Below are positions 19,033-29,028 of a stretch of 64,000 nt of DNA, in pieces. The number at the start of each line of letters is the position of its first letter. Positions within the stretch are counted from its first letter, which is position 1. This stretch comes from Bdellovibrionota bacterium (GTDB lineage Bacteria > Bdellovibrionota_C > UBA2361 > OMII01): the NCBI GenBank assembly GCA_044345405.1, contig JBIJBE010000014.1:1-64000 (forward strand), given 5' to 3'. The position numbers and the translations under genes are program-made. The notes under the pieces were generated by a model that saw nothing but the letters and a program-made list of their open reading frames with translations, was not told the origin of the DNA and did no database searches.

Positions 19033-20493
19033 TTAGATGATCTTCTTTCGTTGAGACGAGGAGGCGATACCGAGGCTTTCGCGGTACTTCGCGACGGTGC
19101 GTCGGGCGATATCGATCTTTTCCGCCTTAAGGGTCTCGACGATCTGTTGGTCGCTGATCGGGTTCGCTGGAGCCTCCGCCGCGACGATCGCCTTAATTCT
19201 CTCCTTAACGGAGGATGAGGAGATGTCACCGGTGGAGGTTTTAATGCCAGAGGTGAAGAAGAATTTCAGCTCAAAGATACCTTGAGGTGTGTGCACGTAC
19301 TTGTCAGTGGTCACACGGCTTACGGTGGACTCGTGCATGTCGATGTCATCGGCGACATCTTTGAGCACGAGAGGTTTGAGTCGCTCGATCCCTTGTTCGA
19401 GGAAGGGACGTTGAAACTTCATGATACTCTCGGTGACTCGGTAAATCGTTTGTTGTCGCTGCTGGATGCTCTTGATCAGCCACGAGGCCGCGCGAAGACG
19501 CTCGGTGAGGTAGGTTTTGTTCGCGGAGTCCGGTTCTCTGAGTAGTTCGGAGTAGTATGGACTGATACGAAGACGGGGAATTCCCTCCTCGTTGAGGGTG
19601 ATTACCCAGTCGTTTCCTACTTTTTGAACGTACACATCAGGAACGACGTAGCGGGTTGTCTCGTCTGAGTATGCGCGTCCCGGTTTAGGATCGAGCGTTC
19701 GAATTGATCTGATGGCGCGAGCGACATCGTCTATTAGTACTCGCTCCGCCTTTGCGATCTGGTCGTATTTACGTTTTTCGAGCTTATCGGTGTGATTTCT
19801 AATGATACGGGATTCGAGGCTTTCTCCGAGACCTCGGAACTCAAGCTGGGTGAGGAGACACTCCTGTAAGGAGCGGGTACACGAGCCCACGGGCTCAAAG
19901 AAGCGGAGGGCGTCCGCAACCATCGCGACATCCTCAACGTCACTTGAGGTAGCCGCCGCTATCTCCTCATACGAACACTCGAGGTAGCCATCACGATCGA
20001 GGTTTCCGGCTATGTGTTGGGCTATCAGTCGATCTTGTGCGGAGAAATCGTGGAGTCGGACCTGATTGAGGAGGTGTTGCTCAAGACTCGCTCCCGCGGC
20101 TGACGCGACCTCTTGGAGAGGTCGCTCGTCGTACTCCGATTGTCCCTTAGCTGACGCCGACCCTCGATAGTCGGTGAAGGCGTCAGAGAAATCGTCCCAG
20201 TCTGCCTTCGGCTCGACAGCGGTGCTGTTCCCGAGGGATTCGTCAGAGGTTCCGCTTGTATTGGGATTCGAGAGGATCGTTGGTTCGTGAGGGTGCTGTT
20301 CAGGAGAAGGAAGACCGTGGGCTTGAACCTCCTCACGCATCTCTTCGAGCGCTGGGTTCTCTAATAACTCCCGTTCAATAGCTTCCTTGTACTCAAGTCG
20401 CCCCAATTGGAGCAGCTTGATCGCCTGCTGAAGCTGGGGGGTCATCAGCAGTGATTGACCCATTTTTTGAACGAGCTTTGTTTCTAAACCCAT
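19033..20493 (-). CDS. rpoN: RNA polymerase sigma-54
   Basis: LLMTPQLQQAIKLLQL N-terminus, HESTVSR, RpoN box ARRTVAKYRE. Confidence 0.98.
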   Translation of the reverse strand: MGLETKLVQKMGQSLLMTPQLQQAIKLLQLGRLEYKEAIERELLENPALEEMREEVQAHGLPSPEQHPHEPTILSNPNTSGTSDESLGNSTAVEPKADWDDFSDAFTDYRGSASAKGQSEYDERPLQEVASAAGASLEQHLLNQVRLHDFSAQDRLIAQHIAGNLDRDGYLECSYEEIAAATSSDVEDVAMVADALRFFEPVGSCTRSLQECLLTQLEFRGLGESLESRIIRNHTDKLEKRKYDQIAKAERVLIDDVARAIRSIRTLDPKPGRAYSDETTRYVVPDVYVQKVGNDWVITLNEEGIPRLRISPYYSELLREPDSANKTYLTERLRAASWLIKSIQQRQQTIYRVTESIMKFQRPFLEQGIERLKPLVLKDVADDIDMHESTVSRVTTDKYVHTPQGIFELKFFFTSGIKTSTGDISSSSVKERIKAIVAAEAPANPISDQQIVETLKAEKIDIARRTVAKYRESLGIASSSQRKKII

Positions 20494-20778
20494 ACCGTTC
20501 TGTTTACCTCATTGGGACGGCATTCTAGAGCAGTCCCTCTGTTACTAGATGACCAAAGTGGGGGTGATCGAACGCAGAAAAGTTGCCACTCTATGCAAAA
20601 ATCGATCACATCGCCCTGGGACATGAGGAGTAGGCGCTAAAAAGGTAGGTCTTTCGGCATGTTGGCGGACAGAGGCGTTGTTTGACGATCGGCCGATCGT
20701 ACGAAGCGGTGACCTGGGCAAAGCCGACGAGGGCATCCTCCTGTCGTATTGTGCTACAGCGAGAGTGAAGGGGGACGC

Positions 20779-21507
20779 CTAGAGCCGGAAGTCACCACCG
20801 AGGTAGTATCGCTTCGCTTTCTCAGAGTTCGCGATAGCCATCGGAGTGCCCTCTTCAAGAACCCGACCATCGACCAGGATGTAGGCGCGGGTGCAGATCC
20901 CGAGGGTCTCGCGCACGTTGTGGTCGGTGATGAGAACTCCGATCCCCTTCATTTGAAGGGAGGAGATGAGCTCCTGGATATCCTTGATAGCAAGGGGATC
21001 GATACCGGCGAATGGTTCGTCGAGCAGGATGAATTGCGGATTCCGCGAGAGGCATCTCGCGATCTCGACACGACGTCGCTCGCCACCGGAGAGCGCGCTC
21101 GCCATGCTATCCCGAAGTCCCCACAATCCAAGCTCCTCGAGGAGCTCTTTAAGGCGGGCCTCTCGAGCTTGTGACGAGGGGAAGCTCATCGTCTCGAGGA
21201 TGGCGAGAACGTTCTCTCGAACGGTCAGTTTTCGAAAAACTGAGGCCTCCTGTGGAAGGTATCCGATACCAAGGTGCGCACGGGCATACATCGGTTGCTT
21301 CGTAACATCGGAACCGTTCAGGGTCACGCTCCCGGTGTCGGGAGCGACTACCCCTACGCACATGTAGAAGGTGGTTGTTTTGCCTGCGCCGTTCGGTCCG
21401 AGGAGCCCAACGATCTCACCCGCGTTAACGGATATTGAGACGCCGTGAACGACCTTACGGCCGCCGTACTGTTTGGTTACGTCATTCGTTCGAAGGGTAT
21501 TGGTCAT
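20779..21507 (-). CDS. lptB: LPS export ABC ATPase
   Basis: [38 protein letters not shown]; upstream of rpoN. Confidence 0.95.
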   Translation of the reverse strand: MTNTLRTNDVTKQYGGRKVVHGVSISVNAGEIVGLLGPNGAGKTTTFYMCVGVVAPDTGSVTLNGSDVTKQPMYARAHLGIGYLPQEASVFRKLTVRENVLAILETMSFPSSQAREARLKELLEELGLWGLRDSMASALSGGERRRVEIARCLSRNPQFILLDEPFAGIDPLAIKDIQELISSLQMKGIGVLITDHNVRETLGICTRAYILVDGRVLEEGTPMAIANSEKAKRYYLGGDFRL

Positions 21508-21521
21508 GAGTGCGCGAGTCG

Positions 21522-22820
21522 CTAGCGGTGATTCCGTTGTGGGCGATGACGACCGCCGTGGTGGTGGTGGTGTCCATCGTGCCCATGATCTCCAGCCTCA
21601 TGAAGGAGTGGCTTCAAGAGGGTTATTCGCTGTGCATCTTCCTTCGAGAGGCACGTTACCTCAAGTAGGGATATGAGATCGGGAAGGAGGGATGATCGCT
21701 TGAAGGCGTTCACCTTGAGCGCTTTCGGTGGTACCGAACGTACGCGCGACCAAAGTCCGAGAAGAAGTTGAATGCGCTCGCGCTCCTTTTTAGGAACAAC
21801 GAGACGGGTGAAGCACGACGCGAGACGCTCTGAGAGGTCAGATGCCTCGGGAAGTCGCTCTGCCAGGTCTGAGAGCCAGACAGAGTCTCCCGCGATAAAC
21901 ATCGCGACGATTGTCAGAATCACGGTGGTTGAGGGAGCCTCGTCCTCGGCTACCATTTCATCGATCCGCTCCAGACATTGGCTGAAATCGCTCTCGGCGC
22001 TGAGGAGCCTGCCGTTGTTTTCAAGAAGCTCTGGAAGGATGAACTCAAGGATTCCGGTTTCACCCAGAAGGTGGAGGATAGTAAGGAGGTGTCCGGAGGT
22101 GAAATCCTTCTTGAGTTCGTCGAAAACTCTGACCTGAGAGCTCTGGGTGATGAGACTGGCGTTGGCGAGAATGGCGTCCCAGCATCCGTTATTAATACGG
22201 AAGCCGTTTCGAGCGGAGTGGCGCACGACGCGTAGCATTCGCACCGGGTCCTCTCGAAAACGCGTCGCCGGATCGCCAATGACTCGAACGATCCCATCCT
22301 TCAGATCCTGCATGCCGCCGACGTAGTCGAGGATCTCCATAGTGGAGACATCTAGGAAGAGTCCGTTAATCGTAAGATCTCGTCGGAACGCGTCGGTGGC
22401 CTCGGTGCCGTAAATGTTATCGCTCGCCACCGGAGCGGAGGTTGGATCGCCCTCAGTCGCTTCGGGAGGTTCGACCGTATCTCGGAACGTTGAAACCTCG
22501 ATATTCTTACCGTGCGCGAAGTAGAGATGCGCGAGCTTGAATCGACGCCCAATAATACGACAATTCCGAAAGAGGGATTTTATCTCGCGAGGCGTAGCGT
22601 CCGTTGAGATATCGAAATCCTTCGGTGTCTTGCCAAGCACGAGGTCTCGAACTCCTCCGCCGACAACGTAGGCTTTGAAGCCCGCGCGCTGTAGTCGGTA
22701 GACTATTTTCCTCGCGTCGTCATCGATCTGGTTTTTCCGAATCGGGTGGTCGCTTGGACCGTAGATCGTCGCGGCGATCTCCTCGACGTTTTCTGCTATG
22801 GTGTGGTCGGACTGGGACAT
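21522..22820 (-). CDS. pcnB: Poly(A) polymerase I
   Basis: VGGGVRD..PKDFD, PAP-specific [26 protein letters not shown]. Confidence 0.9.
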   Translation of the reverse strand: MSQSDHTIAENVEEIAATIYGPSDHPIRKNQIDDDARKIVYRLQRAGFKAYVVGGGVRDLVLGKTPKDFDISTDATPREIKSLFRNCRIIGRRFKLAHLYFAHGKNIEVSTFRDTVEPPEATEGDPTSAPVASDNIYGTEATDAFRRDLTINGLFLDVSTMEILDYVGGMQDLKDGIVRVIGDPATRFREDPVRMLRVVRHSARNGFRINNGCWDAILANASLITQSSQVRVFDELKKDFTSGHLLTILHLLGETGILEFILPELLENNGRLLSAESDFSQCLERIDEMVAEDEAPSTTVILTIVAMFIAGDSVWLSDLAERLPEASDLSERLASCFTRLVVPKKERERIQLLLGLWSRVRSVPPKALKVNAFKRSSLLPDLISLLEVTCLSKEDAQRITLLKPLLHEAGDHGHDGHHHHHGGRHRPQRNHR

Positions 22821-23500
22821 CTCTTAGGAACTTTTATCGTGGGTACTTCTACAACTAACCCGTACATCGTTCGTCAGGGGAGTGCGCACTCGTGCGCGTC
22901 TCTCTCTGTCGCAACTACGTGGTGCGTACTCCTTCGTCTTGATAAGTACGCACAGAGCACCCCCGGTCGATCCTTTCTCTGTGAATTCGCTCAACCTGCG
23001 TCGTGGACGAATGGATGAGACAGTAAAATCAGCACGTTGAGCATCGGGCACTCTGCCCCATAGTGTAGGGTGCCCCGCCGGATTTCTCAAGGGAATAGCC
23101 GGCTGAAGGGGTCGCCAAACCAAGTTTGCCCGAATTTTCGAGGTTTTTTGAGCGGAGAGATCCGGCTGGATGAGTCAAACGTCCCGATCCGGCTCGTTGC
23201 TAATGCTAGTTATTACAGGGGGTTGTGACGAGCTTTGCGCTGGTGGACGCAGCTCGTAAAGGTGCTCAAGTTTCCGCCATACCCTTCCGACTGTCTCTCT
23301 ACAGGCGGTGATAGTGAATCCGCCGCCCAGGCTCTTTTGGGCAGTAGGCAGTGAGATGTTTCTCAAGAAGTGCCGATTCATCAGGCATGCGGTTCTAAGT
23401 CTGATGTGAGGGAAGTTTACAAGCGGTGTTGTGGCGACGGTAGTACCCAAACAGACGAGGTTGGTACGACACTCACTTATTACTCACGGAGGAGTAATAT

Positions 23501-23749
23501 ATGGATAGAGGCATTTTCCCACACGAAATGACGGACCCTGATTTTCAGTGGCTGATCAAAAATTATTGCGAAACGAGAGGGCCGGTCGCCATTGTCGACT
23601 CCGGTTGTCTACCCCTCGTAATGGTTCTTCTGGACGAGAATGCTAAAGCGCTCGTCAATCAGGAGATATTCTCCCATAACATTATGGGTGTGCTGGCCGG
23701 CGGCTCTGATGAGGCTGCTCCGGTTGAGGACACGAAGAAAGAGGGATGA
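23501..23749 (+). CDS. Small hypothetical protein
   Basis: 82 aa with a strong GGAGGAG RBS. Confidence 0.65.
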   Translation: MDRGIFPHEMTDPDFQWLIKNYCETRGPVAIVDSGCLPLVMVLLDENAKALVNQEIFSHNIMGVLAGGSDEAAPVEDTKKEG

Positions 23750-23780
23750 TCCCCTAGGACAGCGGGTGTCTCGCCCGTTT

Positions 23781-24098
23781 CTATGGAATCATATCGAGCT
23801 CTCGGTACGACTCCGCGAGTATCTCACACGGCGCGTCGCTCGAGAGAGCGCTCCACAGCGACTTGCCGCACGAAGCGTAGTACTCGCCTGGATCGAGGGG
23901 AGGTACGAATGGGGCTGGTGTCTGTCGCGCGACCTGCGCGGCAAGGCGCCGGTCTACCTTGCCGTCCTTCGAGTCTTTGACCCAACCGAAAAGCCATAGG
24001 GCGCCCGATATTGAGCAGCAGATTACCAAGACCGTTACGAAGAGAAGGATCTCCGCCTCACCTTCCTGACCCCGTTTTGAGCGATAGAGCTTCGTCAT
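23781..24098 (-). CDS. Small single-pass membrane protein
   Basis: Basic N-terminus (SKRGQEG) followed by a hydrophobic helix; start uncertain (24098 or 24149). Confidence 0.5.
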   Translation of the reverse strand: MTKLYRSKRGQEGEAEILLFVTVLVICCSISGALWLFGWVKDSKDGKVDRRLAAQVARQTPAPFVPPLDPGEYYASCGKSLWSALSSDAPCEILAESYRELDMIP

Positions 24099-24286
24099 TG
24101 TGACCTTGCGAGAAGAGGGGCCCGATTCGTTAGGTATTCGTCCCCTCACTAGTCATCTATCGTTATGGTCCGAATTAGTTCGGATGTGCTCTACGCCAAT
24201 CCCATTAACTTGCTGATATTATTGAGCTTGGCCGTGTGGCTTAGCGCTGTTCACCGGGATGGAGTCAGGAAGACCCTTACTTCTGA

Positions 24287-26359
24287 CTATACTTGCTGGT
24301 CACCGGTCACCCCAACCCAGCTAACCCGTTCCCGAAAAGCTGGATGGGCGACAACCGCTTCGAGCCCCGTTCGGTGGTCGATTGACCATGCGACCCTGGG
24401 CTCCTCAACCACGATGAGGGACGGTCGAGTCGCGGTACCCAAAAGCATGGCGTGCGCGATCGCGAGAAGTCTGCGCTGCTGAGTCGTCAGTAGTGTGACC
24501 GGCATTCCGAGTGGAAGCTCCGTGAGTCCCAGTAACGAAGCGAGCTCGACCACCTCCTTCATCTTGGGAAGGGCTCGTAAGGTCTCCCGCGATGCGGAGA
24601 TGGTGGCGTTTAAGATCTCCCACAACGTTCTCCCTTTGAAGGTGATCTCACGAGCCGGTGAACGGAACCGAGAGCCCCAACAGGTATGACACGGCTCGCT
24701 TATGGCGGAGATTGCGTTCTCGTTGATGAGGATTCCGGTTCCTTTACAGGCGCTACACACCATGGATGACTGACGGAGTTGTCCGAGTAGGAGGTCCCGA
24801 GCGGTAAGGCCGAGCATCTTCGCTTGATGGGAAGCGGCGAACATCTTCGCGAGCGGTTCGATAACGCCGAGAGCGTGCGCTATCAATCGCGAGTGACTCG
24901 ATTTCGCGGGGAAGAGTGGTATGAAGTGCGGCGTGAACGCCGAGACGGGTTCTGATGCTATAAGATCGTGGGGTGAGCCGGAGAGGTGGTCGTAGAGAGC
25001 CGCCGCCATTCGGCGATCGTTCAGCGACGATGGGATCGTAAGTTCACTCCACACACCGCGCCCCGCCTTAATCCGAAGTGGTGGTTCGGTGTGGATGGTA
25101 ATGGTCGTCACCGGCCGAGCGCTCTCTACTTGAGAGCTCGGTGGCGGAGCTGAATGCGGCTCGGCTTCTGTTATCCACACGAGAGGTGACGTTGTAGAGG
25201 TCCGTTCAACGAGATCTTTGACGCCTGAGAGGAGGTCGTGTGAGAAGAGTGCTGACGGCGCGGTGAAAAGGCGAAGCTCGGTTTTGCTCTCTGCGCTCCG
25301 TGAATGGGCAATCAATACGAGCGACGCGAGCGTCCGAGGGGCGAGCTCTGTCGTGCTCGCGTTGAGGGGGATCTCCGTCAAGGATAGTGCGGGGAGGTAT
25401 TCTTTTTGGATATCACTGAAGAGAGTGTCCGCCATCGTACCGGTGAGCGCTCGCTGTAACGGCGACGCGAGAAGTTCGGCGAGTGGGATGCCGTCGATGA
25501 TTCGATATCCCTCATGCGTCGGGCGCGCTGTCCCTGGGCGTTCGATAAGCTCCCGCGCTACCGATGATCTACATGGAGAGAGGGTTAGGTCGCACCGCGC
25601 GCACCTGCCGTTCCACCCGAACTCCTCGATCGAATTCCCGTGTGTGATGGTGAGCCACGATTCTTTAAGTTGTCGAGTGCTTGAGAGAATTGGTTCCAGC
25701 TTCTGAAGGGGGGCGCGTTCGCAGGTGAGGGAGTCGATTCGAACCGAACTGCGTCCTTGGATTGGCGATGACGCGGTGAAGCCATTCTCGCCGGCCCACG
25801 ACGATATCTCCTCAATCGAACCTGTCAGCTCGATTCGAAGGTCGTTCCCTCGTTGGGTTGAGAGAAGATGGTCGCAGAGTTCCACCGCGGTATGAAAGAG
25901 TGAGAGTGGCTGGGCGCAGTTTGGGCAGCTCGCCCAACGACTCCTCATCGCGGCGGCGACGAGTGGCTCCGTAAGTTCAAGAAGCGAGGCGACGCTTTGT
26001 TGGCGACCGTGGAGCTCTTCAAGTGCGTGGTAACGAACACGAGGACATATGGCGCTCATATCGGAGTTGGGGAGGGGGGGAGGTATCCCGCCCGCCCGAA
26101 TCTCCTCGATAAAGCGCTCACGTTGCTCCGCGCGAGCCGCCACACCGTGTATCCAGACCAGCTCTGTATCTCCGTGTGCATCGGGCGCGATGATACGCAC
26201 TCCTCGCTCAGGGATGCCGGTGTCTACCGTGATGACCGCCTGTGAGCGATCGATCGGAGAGCCGGTCGCAAGGGAGTAAAATCGTTGTGGGGAGAACGCG
26301 CGTAAGGGCATGGGTTCTTGGATGGTACGATCCGATATGGGTTGGGGCAAGATTGGCAT
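24287..26359 (-). CDS. Degenerate UvrA-like protein
   Basis: CxxC pairs and UvrA-like C-terminal segments (CHTCWGSRFRSPAREITFKGRTLWEIL, LPLGMPVTLL, LIVVEEP); no Walker A or LSGG. Confidence 0.7.
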   Translation of the reverse strand: MPILPQPISDRTIQEPMPLRAFSPQRFYSLATGSPIDRSQAVITVDTGIPERGVRIIAPDAHGDTELVWIHGVAARAEQRERFIEEIRAGGIPPPLPNSDMSAICPRVRYHALEELHGRQQSVASLLELTEPLVAAAMRSRWASCPNCAQPLSLFHTAVELCDHLLSTQRGNDLRIELTGSIEEISSWAGENGFTASSPIQGRSSVRIDSLTCERAPLQKLEPILSSTRQLKESWLTITHGNSIEEFGWNGRCARCDLTLSPCRSSVARELIERPGTARPTHEGYRIIDGIPLAELLASPLQRALTGTMADTLFSDIQKEYLPALSLTEIPLNASTTELAPRTLASLVLIAHSRSAESKTELRLFTAPSALFSHDLLSGVKDLVERTSTTSPLVWITEAEPHSAPPPSSQVESARPVTTITIHTEPPLRIKAGRGVWSELTIPSSLNDRRMAAALYDHLSGSPHDLIASEPVSAFTPHFIPLFPAKSSHSRLIAHALGVIEPLAKMFAASHQAKMLGLTARDLLLGQLRQSSMVCSACKGTGILINENAISAISEPCHTCWGSRFRSPAREITFKGRTLWEILNATISASRETLRALPKMKEVVELASLLGLTELPLGMPVTLLTTQQRRLLAIAHAMLLGTATRPSLIVVEEPRVAWSIDHRTGLEAVVAHPAFRERVSWVGVTGDQQV

Positions 26360-26360
26360 G

Positions 26361-26570
26361 TGTCGTTGACGATTACGTCGACGTGGACCGTCTCACGTGG
26401 ACGGTCGACGTTTGTCGGGTTACGTCAGACGTAGACGTGGGCCGTCATCGGGTTAGACATGAGGTCTCGACTATGGCAGGCGGATGGCGAAGCATGGGGG
26501 GTATTACCGTTGCCCGTCAAATAAAGAGGCGAACGCTGTCCTTGACGATTACGTCGACGGGGATCGTCAA
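26361..26570. repeat. GACGT-rich intergenic repeat region
   Basis: 18-bp direct repeat TTGACGATTACGTCGACG at 26366 and 26542, plus local hairpins. Confidence 0.7.
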
Positions 26571-26572
26571 AT

Positions 26573-27958
26573 CTACGCAGCCTTCGAAAGCCGGGCCTTA
26601 ATAACCTCGATACGATCGATAACCGTAGTCTTGTAGTTCTCTAGGAGCTCCGGTGTGGTCGCCTCGAAACGCATCACGAGCACAGGTTGTGTGTTCGACG
26701 CGCGCACGAGACCCCATCCATGCTCGAAGGTGACGCGAACGCCATCGATCGTGTCGACCTGGAACTCCTTGAAGGCGGATTGAGCCTCTTGGGCGATCTT
26801 GAACTTAATCTCCTCTGGGCAGTCTACTCGCATCTCAGGGGTCGATACCATCGGTGTGAGATCAGAGAGGAGGGACGAGAGTGCTCCCTTCTGGTGGCTC
26901 ATAATCTCAACCAATCTATTTGAGGCATAGAGCGCGTCATCGAATCCGAAGAATCGGTGCTTAAAGAAGATGTGACCGCTCATCTCTCCGGCGAGGTCGC
27001 CGTGTGTTTCAAGCAGCTTGCCCTTGATGAGGGAGTGGCCTGTCTTCCACATGATCGCATTCGCGCCCTTAGCCTTTAGGTCGGAGAACAGGGTGTTAGA
27101 GCACTTCACATCGCCGATGATCGTGGCCCCTGGCTTCTCTTGAAGGATTGCTCGTCCGTAGATGAGGAGGAGCATATCTCCGAATACCACATCACCCTTT
27201 TCGTCGACGACGCCGATACGATCCGCGTCACCATCCCAGCCGATTCCGAAGTCAGCTTTGTGCTCCTTCACGGCTTGAATGAGGTCCTTAATGTTTTTGA
27301 GTTCTGTTGGATCTGGGTGGTGGTTTGGGAATCGGCCATCTGGATCGCAGAACAGCTCAATCACCTCAACACCGAGTCCACGAAGAACCTCTGGGCCGAT
27401 CATTCCACCAACACCGTTTCCAGCGTCAACAACAACTTTCAACTTGCGAGGCCCCATGTGCGCCTTCGAGTTCTCGATAAGGTAGCTGATGTACGAAGGT
27501 CGGATGTCGACCGTTGAGATCGTGCCACGCTTCGCGGCGGGTTGCTTGTTGAGTACCTTTTCGCAGCGGGTCTTGAGGTCTTGAATCTGGGCGCCCGAGA
27601 GTGTCTTCTTTCCAAGGAGTATCTTGAATCCGTTCATGCTCGGTGGATTGTGGCTTCCCGTCACCTGAATGCCGCCGCCGAGGTCCTGTGAGAATACGGA
27701 GAAGTAGAGCTGCGGGGTCGGTCCCATGCCGGACATCACCACGTCGAGTCCCTCATCGGCCATGCCTTCGGCGAGCGCTTGAGCGTATCCCGGCGAGCTG
27801 AGTCGGCAATCGTACCCGATACCGATTCGGTTCATGTTGTTCTCGATAGCCAGCGTTGCATACGCGCGGCCAAGGACGCGAGCGAACTCGGGGGTCAGCT
27901 CAGTATCAACGGTTCCTCGGATGTCGTATTCGCGAAAGATGACAGGATTTATCTTCAT
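26573..27958 (-). CDS. Phosphomannomutase/phosphoglucomutase (AlgC type)
   Basis: FREYDIRG, TGSHNP, DGDADR, GEMSGH, RASNTQP motifs. Confidence 0.97.
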   Translation of the reverse strand: MKINPVIFREYDIRGTVDTELTPEFARVLGRAYATLAIENNMNRIGIGYDCRLSSPGYAQALAEGMADEGLDVVMSGMGPTPQLYFSVFSQDLGGGIQVTGSHNPPSMNGFKILLGKKTLSGAQIQDLKTRCEKVLNKQPAAKRGTISTVDIRPSYISYLIENSKAHMGPRKLKVVVDAGNGVGGMIGPEVLRGLGVEVIELFCDPDGRFPNHHPDPTELKNIKDLIQAVKEHKADFGIGWDGDADRIGVVDEKGDVVFGDMLLLIYGRAILQEKPGATIIGDVKCSNTLFSDLKAKGANAIMWKTGHSLIKGKLLETHGDLAGEMSGHIFFKHRFFGFDDALYASNRLVEIMSHQKGALSSLLSDLTPMVSTPEMRVDCPEEIKFKIAQEAQSAFKEFQVDTIDGVRVTFEHGWGLVRASNTQPVLVMRFEATTPELLENYKTTVIDRIEVIKARLSKAA

Positions 27959-27991
27959 AGTGGGCCCCTTATACTACCCCCGGGCCAATAT

Positions 27992-28999
27992 TTAAAGCCT
28001 CTTGTCGACAGCGTGTTTCTTAAAGAGGTCGTTCTTGAAGAAGGCGTCGAGGCGCTCCTTGGTCTTCTGTTTTTGTAGAATCTGACGAACCTCATCCTTC
28101 AGTTTGTCTTCATCTACCTCAGCGGGGCTTTCGCCCTCGTTTCCAACGCGTTCCTCAACGAAAAAGAGCTGGATATCGCCTGGAGTCTCGAGGGGAGGGG
28201 TGTGCTCGCCAGCGCGAAGTGGGCTGACCGCCTCGGCGATCGCGGGGCTCAGGTCTTGGAGTGGGATGACCCCGATCAGGCTTCCCTCTCCGGATGTCGC
28301 TGTGTCAGAGAGCCGTTTCGCCACCTCGGGAAAGCTCGCTCCCCCTTCGAGTGCGGTATTGACCTGCATCAGGCGCGCCTTAACGTCTTCCATAGTCCGT
28401 CCCTCTTTGGAGATGACGAGGTGGTGAAGCTTGATATTCTGTCCGCCGTTTTTCAGCTCTGGGTGGTTCGCGATGTATTCCTCGATCTCGGAGTCGCTCA
28501 CACTCGTTCCACCTCGAGCCATAGATGATCCGAGCTTCGCTTTGAGGATGTCTATCTTAATCTGTTGTTTGTAGGCGGAGACGCTCCGTCCCTCTTTTGC
28601 CAACGCTGCTTGGAATTCCCCTTCGGAGAGACCGTTACGTTGCATCACCTCTTGCATGTACTCCTGTACCTCGGCGTCGGTGACGTTGACTCGCTTTGCT
28701 TTCGACTCCTCCTCAAGGAGCTTTTCTAGGATGATCTGATCGAGAACTCGACTCGCCTCGGGCTCCTTCCCGGCCTCCGCGAGCGTTAAGCGGCGGGGCG
28801 CGAGCCGGGCGTTAAGGTCGCTGAGGGTAATCGGTTTGTCGTCAACTGACCCGACGATGGCGTCGATGACGAGTTCCTGTGGGGCGGCCTCGACCTTTTT
28901 TTCGGTCTTTTTAGATGGAGCGGCTACGCAGTCCGGGGTGGTAGCGAGGAGTAGTCCTAAGATGAGGGCGCGAGCGGCCAGGTTTTTCATACCGCGCAA
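27992..28999 (-). CDS. SurA-like periplasmic chaperone/PPIase
   Basis: Signal peptide, SurA N-domain-like segment, parvulin-like SFPEVAKRLSD; follows mfd. Confidence 0.8.
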   Translation of the reverse strand: MRGMKNLAARALILGLLLATTPDCVAAPSKKTEKKVEAAPQELVIDAIVGSVDDKPITLSDLNARLAPRRLTLAEAGKEPEASRVLDQIILEKLLEEESKAKRVNVTDAEVQEYMQEVMQRNGLSEGEFQAALAKEGRSVSAYKQQIKIDILKAKLGSSMARGGTSVSDSEIEEYIANHPELKNGGQNIKLHHLVISKEGRTMEDVKARLMQVNTALEGGASFPEVAKRLSDTATSGEGSLIGVIPLQDLSPAIAEAVSPLRAGEHTPPLETPGDIQLFFVEERVGNEGESPAEVDEDKLKDEVRQILQKQKTKERLDAFFKNDLFKKHAVDKRL

Positions 29000-29028
29000 T
29001 CTTATGCGGTCACCTGGAGACCCGCAAG

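Noticed and set aside
26361-26570. Possible mini CRISPR array (18-bp direct repeat)
   Set aside because: Only two copies 176 bp apart, no regular spacers and no cas genes.
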